Source: Azolla caroliniana (lineage: Eukaryota > Plantae > Polypodiophyta). From it: DNA of 64,000 nt. The stretch covers positions 4,526,001 through 4,590,000 of the forward strand of contig JBHGNT010000009.1 in the NCBI GenBank assembly GCA_043228905.1, read 5' to 3'. This document shows, piece by piece, positions 1 to 11,803 of the stretch; the stretch's first letter is position 1, and each line of letters opens with the position of its first letter. The notes under the pieces were generated by a model. That model was not told the DNA's origin. It saw nothing but the letters and a program-made list of their open reading frames with translations, and did no database searches. The translations under genes were made by a program, and so were the position numbers.

Positions 1-1879
1 AGGGTCCATATGGCCAATAAGAAGTCTACACGAGTGTGACAATAATATAAATTAATATTGGAACCAATATAAAACTAAGCTTATTTCAAGTAGCAAATAT
101 GGTCACATTGCTTGATCTATATTATTAAGAGAGTGGGCCATGCTTGAGCAATACCAAGTTCCATTTCAACATCTTGGGTTGTGAAAAGTGAATTACAAAT
201 AGCTTTTTTGACGACCATGTCGTTAGCATCCATGTTCTCTAACTAAAAACATGTTTTAAATTAATTACTATAATGAAAACGCATCACTCTCCTTAATCAA
301 TACTTGAACCATACACTTGAACCTATGAAATTTTATATAGAAGGTAGCTCGTGAATCTGTAAGCATATCTTTCATTGTATGTGGGGTGGGGGCTATATAA
401 AATCTGATTGTATGAAGGCAATGCTTTCACGTCGTGCTTTAGCATGTAAAAGTATTGTCTCAAATCATATATGACCGTACACTAATTTTCTACCACTCCT
501 GTGTATACTACATCATAAAGCCATAACACGCCTCCTAAGATTTTGAGCGTGTACATTCAAGATCCACCAAACAACTTGCAAAAAAGAGAGGTACATGACC
601 ATGGATGTATCATACCCAACTTAAGACAAATACAATTCTCCTACACCTTGGAAAAAGCCACAAACATCTCCAATATGGATAACATCATCCCATCAAATCC
701 ATATATTTTATTGTGCAACAATAATGAACCCATGCAATGATGCACATGTAAGCCAACCATGTGTCTTGTCAATAATGCGTGGACATAAGGACAATTTGAT
801 ATGATCATGCATTGGATGTATGTTATGACATGAAGTATTTATTATAGCAAAGTAGTCCAAAATACACTTCATCCATTGGATGGAGGGCATTTGAAATTTT
901 ACGAAAATCAATCCTAGGGTGAAGCTTGCGCATAGATATGATATGTTTCTCAAAAGGTGTGGACATGCAAACTAATTACTAAAGTTTTTTCATTCTGAAA
1001 ATGTCAGTTTAACATAATCTAGGCCTACAACATTATATAGACCTTGGCAAAGCTCCACTATTAGACTCGTCATATAATTTAATAGTCTATCAACATTATA
1101 TGACTAACATGATGCCAAAATGTCACCGATTTTTTGTAGCAAAATCATTGCTAAGACTCATCATCACTAAGACCTTATAATAAGCCTCAATATATATATG
1201 AAGGCAACACTATCTATGTCTCATGAACTATAGAATCTCGATGAAAGTGTTGGTGCTCTTGCAAGGTTTGGGCATGCGTCATACATACATACATGCACGC
1301 ACATATAAATACATGTGTACATACATGTGTGCATAGCTTTTTGGGTGTTTATTAAGTTCGAAACATGGACAATTTGGATCCTCATTGTAAAATATATGTA
1401 TTGTTTTTATAAGGAGAGATATAGGAAAAAACAATGGCCTAGATTTGACCTCATATATGCGAAACCTACATACATACGTGTGCATGTACATTGCCCTGTA
1501 TTCTTGGGCACCATTAAATGGAGAAAACGATGGACATGAATTGAAGTGATGAAAATGTAAGGAGAGGCCATAAGAGCCGAGGGGTGGACGGGGGTAAATC
1601 ATGCTAGGTCTACACGGGAGACATAGGTAGACACGATAGATGACTTGTCGAGAGAGAGAGAGAGAGAGAGAGGACAAGAAATGGAGACAGAGTAGAGATT
1701 AGATGGCCGAAATTCGGCGAGGAGGCCAAGCAAGATGGGTGGGGCAAACACTTAGTTGGTGACATGTCTTGTGAAGGAAGAGAACATTGGATGGTCCCTC
1801 AAAAGCATATTAAAGTGTGTATTGTAGAGTCTTACTTACATTGAGAGACACAAAGAGAGAGATGGGGGAAAGTTGGCCA

Positions 1880-2128
1880 TAAAAAAATAAAAATAAAAAA
1901 ATAATATAAAAAATATAAAAAATATAAAAAATATAAAACAAAAAAGAAAACAAAAAATATAAAATATAAAATAAAATAAAAAATAGAATAAAAATAAGAA
2001 TATTTAAAAAACAGAAGAAGAAGAAGAAGAAAAACTCAGAAATGAAAACACAAAAATAAAAACTAAGACTAAAAATAATCAAAAAAAATAAACAAAATGA
2101 AAAAAAGACATAAAAGGAAAGCAAAAAG
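1880..2128. repeat. A-rich low-complexity tract
   Basis: Runs of AAAATA/AAAAAT/GAA; the overlapping minus-strand ORF is a poly-Phe artefact. Confidence 0.8.
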
Positions 2129-2258
2129 CAGCCTCCTCCCCTGTTTCCTTCTGTTGTTTCTTTATTTCAGTCTTTTTGCATAAATGTTATTACAACACAA
2201 GGAGAAAATCATCATATATGTACATCATTAAGCAAAAAAACTACATACAAAATCCATA

Positions 2259-2449
2259 CCCTAACCCTCATCTTCACCTTAATCTTGACCCTAACCCTAA
2301 CCCTAACCCTAACCCTAATCTCCTACCCCTACCCTACCCTACCCCTACCCCTACCCCTACCCCTAACTTTACCATGAGCCCCCTTCATGGCTACTTTCCA
2401 GATCCCTGTTGATGCGTCCGTCCCCGACTGACCCTAACCCTAACCCTAA
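2259..2449 (+). repeat. (CCCTAA)n/(CCCCTA)n telomere-like hexamer tracts upstream of the NSP2-like gene
   Basis: ccctaa arrays at about 2289-2318 and 2432-2449, and cccctac/ccccta array at about 2323-2366. Confidence 0.8.
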
Positions 2450-3205
2450 TTCTCATCCTGGTATGTCCTCCTCTCTCTACATCTATAATTCAGGGTTCCC
2501 TCGGAATTGCTCTGTTTTTCTTTCATCTTGCTTCTCATTTGAGGATCAGATTCTAAAACACGCTTCAATATTTCGGAATTGATCTAACATATAGCTATGG
2601 TAGACGTATTATCAATTAAATATAAAATAGTATCTAAATTTCCATCTCTCTCTCTCTCAACCTCTTCCTTTTTTTTTTTTAAAAAGAGAAAATGTTTATA
2701 ATTATTTCTAATACATTTATTCATGACAGACAGAGCAATTAATCCTTGAATAGATCATGATTTATCATTATAGGAATTTTTGCCAATAATTGTATGATTT
2801 TTTGTCTTGGCTTAAAATATATATGCATGTGTATGGGTATATGAAATCCATTTCATATGTATTTGAATCTCTAGTTAATCATCTCTCCGACCTTAAATCA
2901 ATCTCTCGTATACATATGTAATTGAAGAGGCAATAATTAACCTCATAAGTCATAACTAGAGGGCTACTACATATATAATGACACTGCAAGATGGGTAGTC
3001 ACTCATGTTTCCTATGTTATTCATATATCTTTCAGCAGGTGGTTTCAAGTTTGTTTTTCTCCGAGTTTTCGCGGACAAGGTAACCTAAACTGTTGTTCGA
3101 TCTTAGTCCGCTACTCGAATCAAATTCATCCAAACCCCCCCCCCCCTCCCTATATATGGCTGATTTATAAGGAATCTATGTTATGCAGTGCTTTTGCATC
3201 AGTAA

Positions 3206-5659
3206 ATGGAGATCCTTAATGACATACCTTCATTTTTAATATTCGAGCATACTACTGGCGAGCCGAGCCCTCACGGATTCATGAGAATATCGCCACCGGA
3301 GCCGAGGGAAATTAGCTCATGGCAGTCCTCCCCCGCATTCTCGTACTCTACCATCGAACCTGGTCATGATCAGATTGGCGTCTCATTGATGGCCACTTCG
3401 GACGCATTCATCCGGGCGAATTGCGGCGCCGGTCCCGGACAATTCTCGCAGCCTGTAGAAGAACCTCAATCCATTCATTCAACCAAAGCCTCCTCGAAGA
3501 GATCATCGGTACCCGAGTTTGTGAGGTACCCTGGTGCGAAAAGCATTGCCGAGTTTTGGCCCTCGAATCCTCCGAATATGGTAGATACAAATCGGCCAGC
3601 ACATTTCTTGAACACAAGTTTCGGGGTAGCCGATCAATCAATCGGACCTCACCAATCTAATTCCATGTTGCACGCATTCGGCGGCGATCATGAGCATTTA
3701 GTATATATAGCAAACCCTTGGATCAATAACATTAACCACAATAATGATATACACACCCTAGAACCACTTGCCATGAGTGGCTCCAACACATGTAGTGATG
3801 GTTCAACGAATTCGAGCTCGGACGGTTCGGACCATCGCCTCGACCATCTGATGGGCTTCGTGTTCGATGAGAACGAGACGGGACCCCTCGATGTATCGTG
3901 GCTTCCTGACCAGCATGACAATAACTCCTTCGAACATTACGATGGTGGTGTGACCGCGTCCGATACAGGCCAATATTCGCCGGATTCTGGAGGGTTAGAT
4001 GCGAGGAACATCTTCGGCGGGTCTTCTCTATTGGTGACATGTCCTATACAATTTGGGCAGAGTAGTGCTGAGGTGGGCGGTGGTTTGGCCGTATCGATGT
4101 CTCCCCATTTTCAAAACCCCACCCAATCTTTGCAAGAGCACGGCGGTGGTTTAGTCGGCAAGCCGTACCCTAATTCCTCGTCTTCTCTAATGCCTTCCAA
4201 GCCTAAGCTGAAGCAGATCAACAACAAAGAAGATAGGCACCCGAATAGGATGTTCGGTGAGGAGACCTCGGGTTCGGCCATGAACCCGGCCACGATTGGC
4301 AATGCCGTGGCCGGGCAAGGTGTAGAGATACGCCAGGACAACACCCGGGAGTTCGGGTTGAATCCGATCCTCGGCTCCCCTCTGGCGAGGTCGGAGAGCG
4401 ACTACAGCGAGATTTGCCTCGTGCACCTCCTCATAGCGGGTGCGGAGGCGGTGGCCACACGGGACCTCGATCTGGCATCCGTGATATTGGTTCGGCTCAC
4501 AGAGTTGGTCTCGTGCTCGGGCACCACGATGCAGCGCGTGGCCGCCTACTTTAGCGAAGGCTTGCAATCCCGGATCGAATCGTGTGGCAGAAGCCAAAGC
4601 AGCAGCCGGCACCGACATTACAATGTCCGGCCCGATGATCCGCCGGCAGCTGACACCCTCGCGGCCTTCCGAATCCTTCACGAGGTCTCGCCGTATATCA
4701 AGTTCGGACATTTCTCAGCTAACCAAGCCATACTGGAGGCAGTGGAGAGGGAGCAGTGCATCCATATAGTTGACTTTGAGATCATGGAAGGCATCCAATG
4801 GCCACCATTGATGCAAGCACTGGCTTCAAGGAAAGGGGGTCCACCCCACCTTAGGATTAGTGCTCTCTATAGGCCTCATGGGCGACCGAGGGGCCTAGCT
4901 ACCATCCACGAGACGGGCAAGCGGCTAGCCGAATTCGCATCCTCGGTGAGCGTGCCCTTCACATTCAACCCGATCCCGGTCATGGACGATAACGAGGAGC
5001 AGGAAGAAGAATTCGGAGGCGTAGTGAAGAAGCTTTGCAAAGGGGAGGAAGCCCTTGTGGTGAATTGCATGCTCCACCTCCCACACATGCCTCACACGAC
5101 GGCCTCGGCCGTCTCGGCCTTCGTCCGGGCCATGCGGACGCTCGACCCGATCCTCTTGGCTCTGGTAGAGGAGGAGCTGGGCTGCAGCACGGGCTCCGGG
5201 GCCACCTCTTCCTTCTTCTTCGAGGCCCTCCATCACTACTCCGCCATTTGCGACTCGTTGGAGGATAGCATATCCTTGTCCACCACCGAGGCCCCGGGTC
5301 CGGGCCCGGTGGCTCGTGTGCTCGTTGAGCGCGTGTTCCTCGCCCCTCGTATCCACCACACTGTGAGCCTCTGGAGTCGGTCTTCTTGCCCAGACCACCC
5401 CGCGGCGCCCCCGCCTGAGACCATCGGCCCCGGTCCCAGGCCCATTGGACCCGCTCATAATTTACCCGGCCTCTACAATTGGCACTCCCTCGTCCGCGCG
5501 GCCGGGTTCAAACCCGTGCCATTGTCCTTCCACAACCTTTCCCAAGCCAAGCTTCTCCTTGGGCTCTATAAAGACGGTTTCAGACTCGACGAAAGAAACG
5601 ACCGCCTCCTGCTCGGATGGCGGACCAAACCCCTCTTCGCTGCATCCATATGGAATTGA
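3206..5659 (+). CDS. NSP2: GRAS-family transcription factor, NSP2 (Nodulation Signaling Pathway 2)-like, 817 aa, single coding exon
   Basis: C-terminal GRAS domain: LHRI 'LVHLLIAGAEAVA..VILVRLTELVS..MQRVAAYFSEGL', 'DTLAAFRILHEVSPYIKFGHFSANQAILEA', VHIID variant 'IHIVDFEIMEGIQW', 'ETGKRLAEFA', 'EALVVNCMLHLPH', SAW end 'LLLGWRTKPLFAASIW'. These closely follow legume NSP2 motifs as recalled. About 400 aa low-complexity N-terminus. Confidence 0.9.
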   Translation: MEILNDIPSFLIFEHTTGEPSPHGFMRISPPEPREISSWQSSPAFSYSTIEPGHDQIGVSLMATSDAFIRANCGAGPGQFSQPVEEPQSIHSTKASSKRSSVPEFVRYPGAKSIAEFWPSNPPNMVDTNRPAHFLNTSFGVADQSIGPHQSNSMLHAFGGDHEHLVYIANPWINNINHNNDIHTLEPLAMSGSNTCSDGSTNSSSDGSDHRLDHLMGFVFDENETGPLDVSWLPDQHDNNSFEHYDGGVTASDTGQYSPDSGGLDARNIFGGSSLLVTCPIQFGQSSAEVGGGLAVSMSPHFQNPTQSLQEHGGGLVGKPYPNSSSSLMPSKPKLKQINNKEDRHPNRMFGEETSGSAMNPATIGNAVAGQGVEIRQDNTREFGLNPILGSPLARSESDYSEICLVHLLIAGAEAVATRDLDLASVILVRLTELVSCSGTTMQRVAAYFSEGLQSRIESCGRSQSSSRHRHYNVRPDDPPAADTLAAFRILHEVSPYIKFGHFSANQAILEAVEREQCIHIVDFEIMEGIQWPPLMQALASRKGGPPHLRISALYRPHGRPRGLATIHETGKRLAEFASSVSVPFTFNPIPVMDDNEEQEEEFGGVVKKLCKGEEALVVNCMLHLPHMPHTTASAVSAFVRAMRTLDPILLALVEEELGCSTGSGATSSFFFEALHHYSAICDSLEDSISLSTTEAPGPGPVARVLVERVFLAPRIHHTVSLWSRSSCPDHPAAPPPETIGPGPRPIGPAHNLPGLYNWHSLVRAAGFKPVPLSFHNLSQAKLLLGLYKDGFRLDERNDRLLLGWRTKPLFAASIWN
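4479..4499 (+). promoter_or_regulatory. Predicted miR171 (miR171h/NSP2-type) target site inside the NSP2-like CDS
   Basis: CCGTGATATTGGTTCGGCTCA. The 3' 19 nt are the exact reverse complement of UGAGCCGAACCAAUAUCAC (miR171 isoform). It lies in the 'VILVRL' codons, where angiosperm NSP2 carries its miR171 site. Confidence 0.8.
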
Positions 5660-6063
5660 CCCGTCCCCCCATACAAACAACGTTGCATCTAAATCATGTT
5701 GTGTTGTATGAAATGGAAAGGGGGGTTGGGTGGGTCAAATAAGTTATAAATGAAAGGAAAATTTTGGATTCCTGAATTTCATCGAAAACTATCTGTAAGT
5801 GTGGTACCGGGTGTTTCGGAGAGTTTGGGTGTTGGGGCCACACATTTGATCGGAAAGATCCTTCCTTCGAAGGACTTGCTTTCTAGTTTGTGCCAAGTGC
5901 GTGGTCATGTCGGAAGAGCGAAGGTTTATTTTTTTCCTTTGCAAGTGTACCTTGTATGATTGATATAGATAGTCAAGTTATACCCTAGGAAATCCATTGC
6001 TCCCTTTGAAATGTAAATGTTTTATATTTCCTTTCAATTGTAACAATTCCGAAAGAGTTTTGA

Positions 6064-6066
<3 letters not shown>

Positions 6067-6104
<38 letters not shown>
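6067..6104. repeat. (CT)n microsatellite
   Basis: Perfect dinucleotide run. Confidence 0.9.
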
Positions 6105-6106
<2 letters not shown>

Positions 6107-6552
6107 GGAGATGTTGGGAGATAGACCCCAATAATGTTTTGAGGCTACTGTGTTTTGATTGTCTTCTATGCTCATAGGGATGCCAATGTCATAAATGCCA
6201 CAACCTAGGCATCTTATACTACAAAGAACAAGGTCTGCTATGCTCTAGTTAAAGACAACATACACGATCAAAACGAGGAAAGTGGTTCATTGAACATGAA
6301 AACTTTCTAAAGTTTAGATTCCTATGTCAAATAAGCATTGTGTCGCAAATTGCAATATAAGCATGTCGAAGATGTGAATCTTGTGAACTAGCAACCCTAA
6401 ACAATACACTCCATCAATACTTTCAAGGATTTTGAAAATCTTGTGTTCGTTAGAAAGGAGGACATGGTTTTATGGAATAAACATAAACCGTACTCGAATA
6501 AACTCCAATGCTTTGAAGAAGGAGCATGAACATGTTTAAAGAAACTCGTTGG

Positions 6553-6565
6553 ATACATACATACA

Positions 6566-6599
<34 letters not shown>

Positions 6600-6628
6600 C
6601 ATACATATACATATACGTATATATATAT
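6553..6628. repeat. (ATAC)n microsatellite
   Basis: Tetranucleotide run decaying into (AT)n. Confidence 0.9.
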
Positions 6629-9463
6629 TGTTCAATTATCCACAACTTGTAGGGTATAAATGTAGATGGATGCAATTTATTTTGTGAAATTAGTTAAGCA
6701 AGAGATCCGACAATAATCAAACTTTCTTGCAAGGACGATCCTCCCCAAATGCTCTAGCTTGCACAATCTTATCTCTAAAGTATCCAATGGTTTTCGACTA
6801 ATAACTAATATTGACTTTTTGGAATTGAATATCTAATTGATTAAGGGAAGGCAACTGCATGGAGTCATTGCTCGACTTTTGTAGCTAAATGCTTGTAAGG
6901 GTAGTGAACATGCTAAACAATGGCTTTATAAGTGTACGTAAACATAACAACACTTAAAAGTCATGGTATCTCACAAAGATGACAACATACAAAATTTGGG
7001 GTTTTCGTTTAGAAAAGCGTTTGTAAAGTTGGTAATTTATGGAAAAACCGATGATTATGCAAGTTACTTATGCCACCTTTTGCAGACAATTTCCAGAGGC
7101 ATTGTTTAATGTTTATTTTTTAATAGAAGTTAATTGATCATTGCATTAGCAAAAGAGCAACTAGAAATTTGTGCGTCACAGTGTGCTTCACACGTAACAA
7201 CTTGTTTATACTTAAATAAAACAACGATGGCAAAGAAATTTCCAAAGCAACTTCCCCAAAAAGTGTCTAGTGAGAAGTTAGTTACTTCAATTAATTTTGA
7301 ACTAATAAAGGAGGCCCAAGTAACCAAGGACTTGACATTAGATATATTCGAGACATACAAACCCATTTGGAATTCGTTCAATATCAAGGACAGACAAAGA
7401 TTCAATACTTACCTTGTTGGACGTAATCTTTTGGTTGATGCTAACCAAGGAACTATAGAGATTCAACCGTTAGCTTGGATTTGACAACAACTTCTTCTTC
7501 TTTTTTATGCAGAGTTGGATGAAGGGAAATTATTCTTATTTCCTTTAAAATACTGGATACATAATATAGAATTCTTGGAAGGTCCACAACTGTAGATGGA
7601 AATAAATGTAATGAAGCGCCTTAGATTTCCTTGTATGTGCGGTCTACGCTTGTAAACGTTGTACATTATGCGATTTTCAAATGTTAGCGACCCCACCATG
7701 TAAGACAAACCATGCCACCATTGTATATGCATGTTGTCTACTTATTGTATAATAGTAGAATCGGAATTAATGAGTGCTCTAATGTCTTCATCATAACATC
7801 AAACAAGTCTGTCTATATTTGTTTTTCAAGAATGACTATTCTTCACCCCGGTGGTGTTCAAATGTACTTTTCATGCTATTATGATAAAAGGATAATGATT
7901 TCAGAGTTCATTTGATTGGTTTTCTCCTTTGTCTTATATGATCATACTTCTTTTATTATTGTAAAGTTCCTTGGGCATGCATACAAACATGACTTGTAAG
8001 TTCTTGTTTAAAGTGATCGATGAAAATCCTTGTTTTTCATGTTGCCATCTTTATCAGGGAGCATACAAGCAACCTTTTTTTGTGATTTTAATATAGAGCT
8101 TTGCGTACGAAGTAACTGTCAATAATGTGAACACCAACCACATCAATTGTTTTATTTTTATTTTTATTTTTATTTATTTTTTGCAATGTGTTTTTTCTGC
8201 ATACATATAATAATTCTCTCTTTTTGTATATAACAATTCTTGTGAAGACTTCTCTCGACCTTGTCAAGAAATTGTTAAGTTCTAAGTTCTAACCTATGGA
8301 TTCTTGGGTTGATTCAAGAGACATCTTTTTGTTTTTTGCAACTCAATGTCAAAAACTCAGCGATTGCTAACCCATTAGCTCATGTGAAGCAAAATGTCGA
8401 AAAGATAAAAATTTATAACATTTGATATAGATTGGCTATACAATAATGGATTTATGATGTTGTACTCCTCTCCTAAAAAGTGTTAGATGTATCTATGATT
8501 GAAATTTGAAGGTGGGAACATTATTAGACCATAAATTTTAAAAGCCAAATTTTCTTTATATAACAATGCCATTCTCCTTCTCTCTAAGTAACAAAAGAAA
8601 CTTTCTAGTAGAGAAATATCAAAGAGTTATAATTAAGGGTTAAAGCCATAAATGATTGATCCCTTATAAGTTATAACATTAGTTAAATAAGTAATCCCGA
8701 AGAAGGTAAGAACCAACCTTATTGGCTTAAAATTAGGTGCAAGGGCCTTTTGGCTCCTCGTAGTAAATTACTATCAAGCCTCCACTTTTTGTTCCATTCT
8801 ATCCTTGTGCACCATATGGTTGGCTCTTTTGAGTGTGACCTTAGAGATCTGCATGTTGACACTCTAGTTCGAGGATTCCATGTTTCAACGAACCCGATTA
8901 AAGGCTTTTAACTAGGTGTTGATAATGTGAACACCTAGCTTTGGCTCAAACTATCTTCTCAGATGTGCACCACTTATGTTCTCTTTCTAATTTACATTTT
9001 GCAGCACTAAATCATTGCATATAATTTCCTTGTTTATAGAAAGGTGCTAAGTGATTAAAATAATGCATGTCAACTAACATTGCTTCGAGGCCTATTTTCA
9101 ACATGGAGACAATTCAGACTACGGTGATTATAAGCATAAATGAAAGACACATATTGAATAAAAAACTTCCTAAAAGTTTACTTTGCCTAATAATTGTAAG
9201 CATCTTTACTTGAAAACATAATAATTCTATGTTTAGAGCATAATCAACGTGCACACCATTGGTAGCTTACCACTTGTCTGACATTGTCACAAAAACCAAC
9301 AAAACGTCTCGATTGCGTTTATGTTATTCTCACATTCACATATTCGTACCTTATGGGTTATTCACATCATACAAGATATGTTGTTATATACATAACATTA
9401 TATAATAGAAATCAAACTGCTATTATAGTATATTGAAAGTTAACATGGACATCTTTCTTTTGA

Positions 9464-9563
9464 NNNNNNNNNNNNNNNNNNNNNNNNNNNNNNNNNNNNN
9501 NNNNNNNNNNNNNNNNNNNNNNNNNNNNNNNNNNNNNNNNNNNNNNNNNNNNNNNNNNNNNNN
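9464..9563. other. Assembly gap (100 N)
   Basis: Exactly 100 N, a typical placeholder for a gap of unknown size. Confidence 0.99.
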
Positions 9564-10615
9564 ACAAAACAAGATATGGCAAGGCTACAAATCCATTTAA
9601 AAAGAAAATGAATGAAAGCTCTAGATCCTTGCCAATATGATCACACAAACAAACACAATATAAGGGTTTGAATGGAAGGGGACATGTTATTTGATCAAGA
9701 GATGATACAATAGGCCAATATCTCAAGAAAATGCTTGATTACTTACCCGATTAAAACATTATATAAACATAATAACCAAAAAATAAACTCCTACAAAGAG
9801 GCTACAATATTCATGAAATGAAAGTGGAGTAGAGTTATAAGTGTTTACAGAGAGGTAGAATGATATTGAAAAACACACTACGAAAAGAAGAAAGCACCAA
9901 ATGAAAACCATTTCAATAGAAACAATGTCCCATCAACTTAGACAATTCATTTGGCCATCAATACGAGGTAGAGAATATCACATCGCCATCACATCATCAA
10001 GAGAATTGCAACGTTTGGAAACCCAATAATGAACAAGAGGCTAAAGGCATGTAGGTTTGTACAACCACCTTCCATAGCTTAGTTATGAGCATACATGTTC
10101 ATTGTTAAGGGCATGATCTTGTGTTAGAAAGAACTTGTATGTATTGGGATTGATAGAATGCTTTTAAAGTCCATTGTACACCTGATTGAGATAGAGGGAG
10201 GGAGGAAGAGATACAAATGACTTGGTCATGATGAAGAATATGTCATGATATTATAAAGCTCGAGACTTAAAGATTATGGTGAAGCTGACTAACAAACCAT
10301 ATGCATTGAACAACACCGGCCTTTGATTGACAACTTGTTTTTGTCAGTTCTCCCAAAGTGGAGGACATTTGTCTTCAATTTCAAATTTCCTTGTTTAGGC
10401 TTTTGCAAAATCTTCAAAACAATAGCTTGCTTCTACCGAATTCCTACCAAAAAAATCTCAAATAGGTGCTCTAAAGAACTCTCAACACCATTCTACAAGT
10501 AAAGGTATCCTCTTTTTGGAATGCTTTTTCCTTGTGAATGTGATTTTAGGAGAATTTGCTAAATTGCAGCCTAATTGGTTAAAATAAATCCCAAAACACC
10601 CATGAAAAAAATCAC

Positions 10616-10838
10616 AATTACCAAGTTACTCATTCCCTCTTTCACCACTTTTTTTAATCTCACTCTCTCTTGCCCTCTTACTCTTCCAATTCCCAAAAAT
10701 AGTCTCATCCCCCCTCAATCACCATCAACAATTTTGAGTGAGAGAGAGAAGTGTTTTGGGGAATTGGAAGGGAAATTGTAGAGAGAGACGGGAGTTTGGT
10801 GAGAATTTAGTGTGTGAGATGGTGGTAATTTGGTAATT
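10616..10838. repeat. Imperfect inverted repeat (fold-back), about 220 bp
   Basis: AATTACCAAGTTAC (10616-10629) pairs with GTAATTTGGTAATT (10825-10838). CTTCCAATTCCCAAAAA (10683-10699) pairs with TTTTGGGGAATTGGAAG (10754-10770). Both pairs share a centre at about 10727. Confidence 0.65.
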
Positions 10839-11803
10839 TCAATATTATTTTGTGTATTTTGGCTACTTCACGACATGATTAAGAGTACTTTTTGTCATAC
10901 TTTTATGAGAATGATTTGTGTTTTCTTTCTAGAGAAAGGACAGTGTGCTTTTGCTTAATAACATGGAGCGAGTGACACCGATGTTGCACTTTGTGGCATG
11001 CCTCTTTTATATTAGCAACATTGTACAACACCTCTCATTCAATTGTAGACATGTTACTAGAGAACATGCACATTTAATTGTAGGGGTCAATTTGCACTTT
11101 TTTATGTCAGGAATTACAGATTTGATTAGGGTTGTAATTATGAATCCTATTGAATACACTGAAGCTAGACCACCAAGGAACAAGTGGTATGATTGGCGAT
11201 GCAAACAGTACACTTATTAGTGTTGTAATGTTGACAACTGTAATCAAAACTGTGACTAGAATCATGATTTGCATCATCATTAGCATTATATTATTAGGGC
11301 CAACCATAGCACTAATGTCATTATCACTAATAGTAATAATGGCCAATTGTTTGTTAGTTGAGTTCTGATTATCCCACAACTAAATCTCATTTTCTGTCAA
11401 CATTAATAGTTGTTTTAAATCATTATTCAATCAAAATTTTATTCAGGTTTCTTACAACAAGATCACTTCAATAGGAGAAAATAGAAATAGTACCTTTTAA
11501 CAAAGCACTAATGAATATTACCCAAAAAAAGGGTAGGCCTATTGATAAGAATCAGAAAATGATGTTCACAGTTCAAAAAATTACAATTGAAAACACTGTT
11601 TGATCAAAAATCTTGAAAACATTATTGATTTAAGGGAAATAATGTTTTCATAGAATAACATGCGTCCCCGTGTTGCAATAACTGATGTTAATTTCGTTGA
11701 TGAAACCAGACTCAACATTTTTGGGGCTAGAGAGTCATGACGTCAAAATCCACAAAATTATAACAAAACCACTATGCATAGCCTTCAGTTTTTAAATCAC
11801 AAA

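Noticed and set aside
1-1260. Short ORFs 543-740 and 708-953
   Set aside because: No recognisable domain or splice pattern; possibly decayed TE, but unsupported.
1810-2412. ORFs 1810-2124 (poly-Phe) and 2176-2412 (PN/PT repeats)
   Set aside because: Translations of A-rich and CCCTAA repeats.
3408-5711. Many alternative-frame and antisense ORFs within the NSP2-like gene
   Set aside because: Expected shadow ORFs of a GC-rich CDS; no motifs.
8885-8912. Minus-strand 'LKAFNRVR', resembling the LINE RT motif 'KAFDRV'
   Set aside because: Flanked by stops, with no other RT motifs nearby; likely chance.
9412-9726. ORF spanning the N run
   Set aside because: Artefact of the assembly gap.
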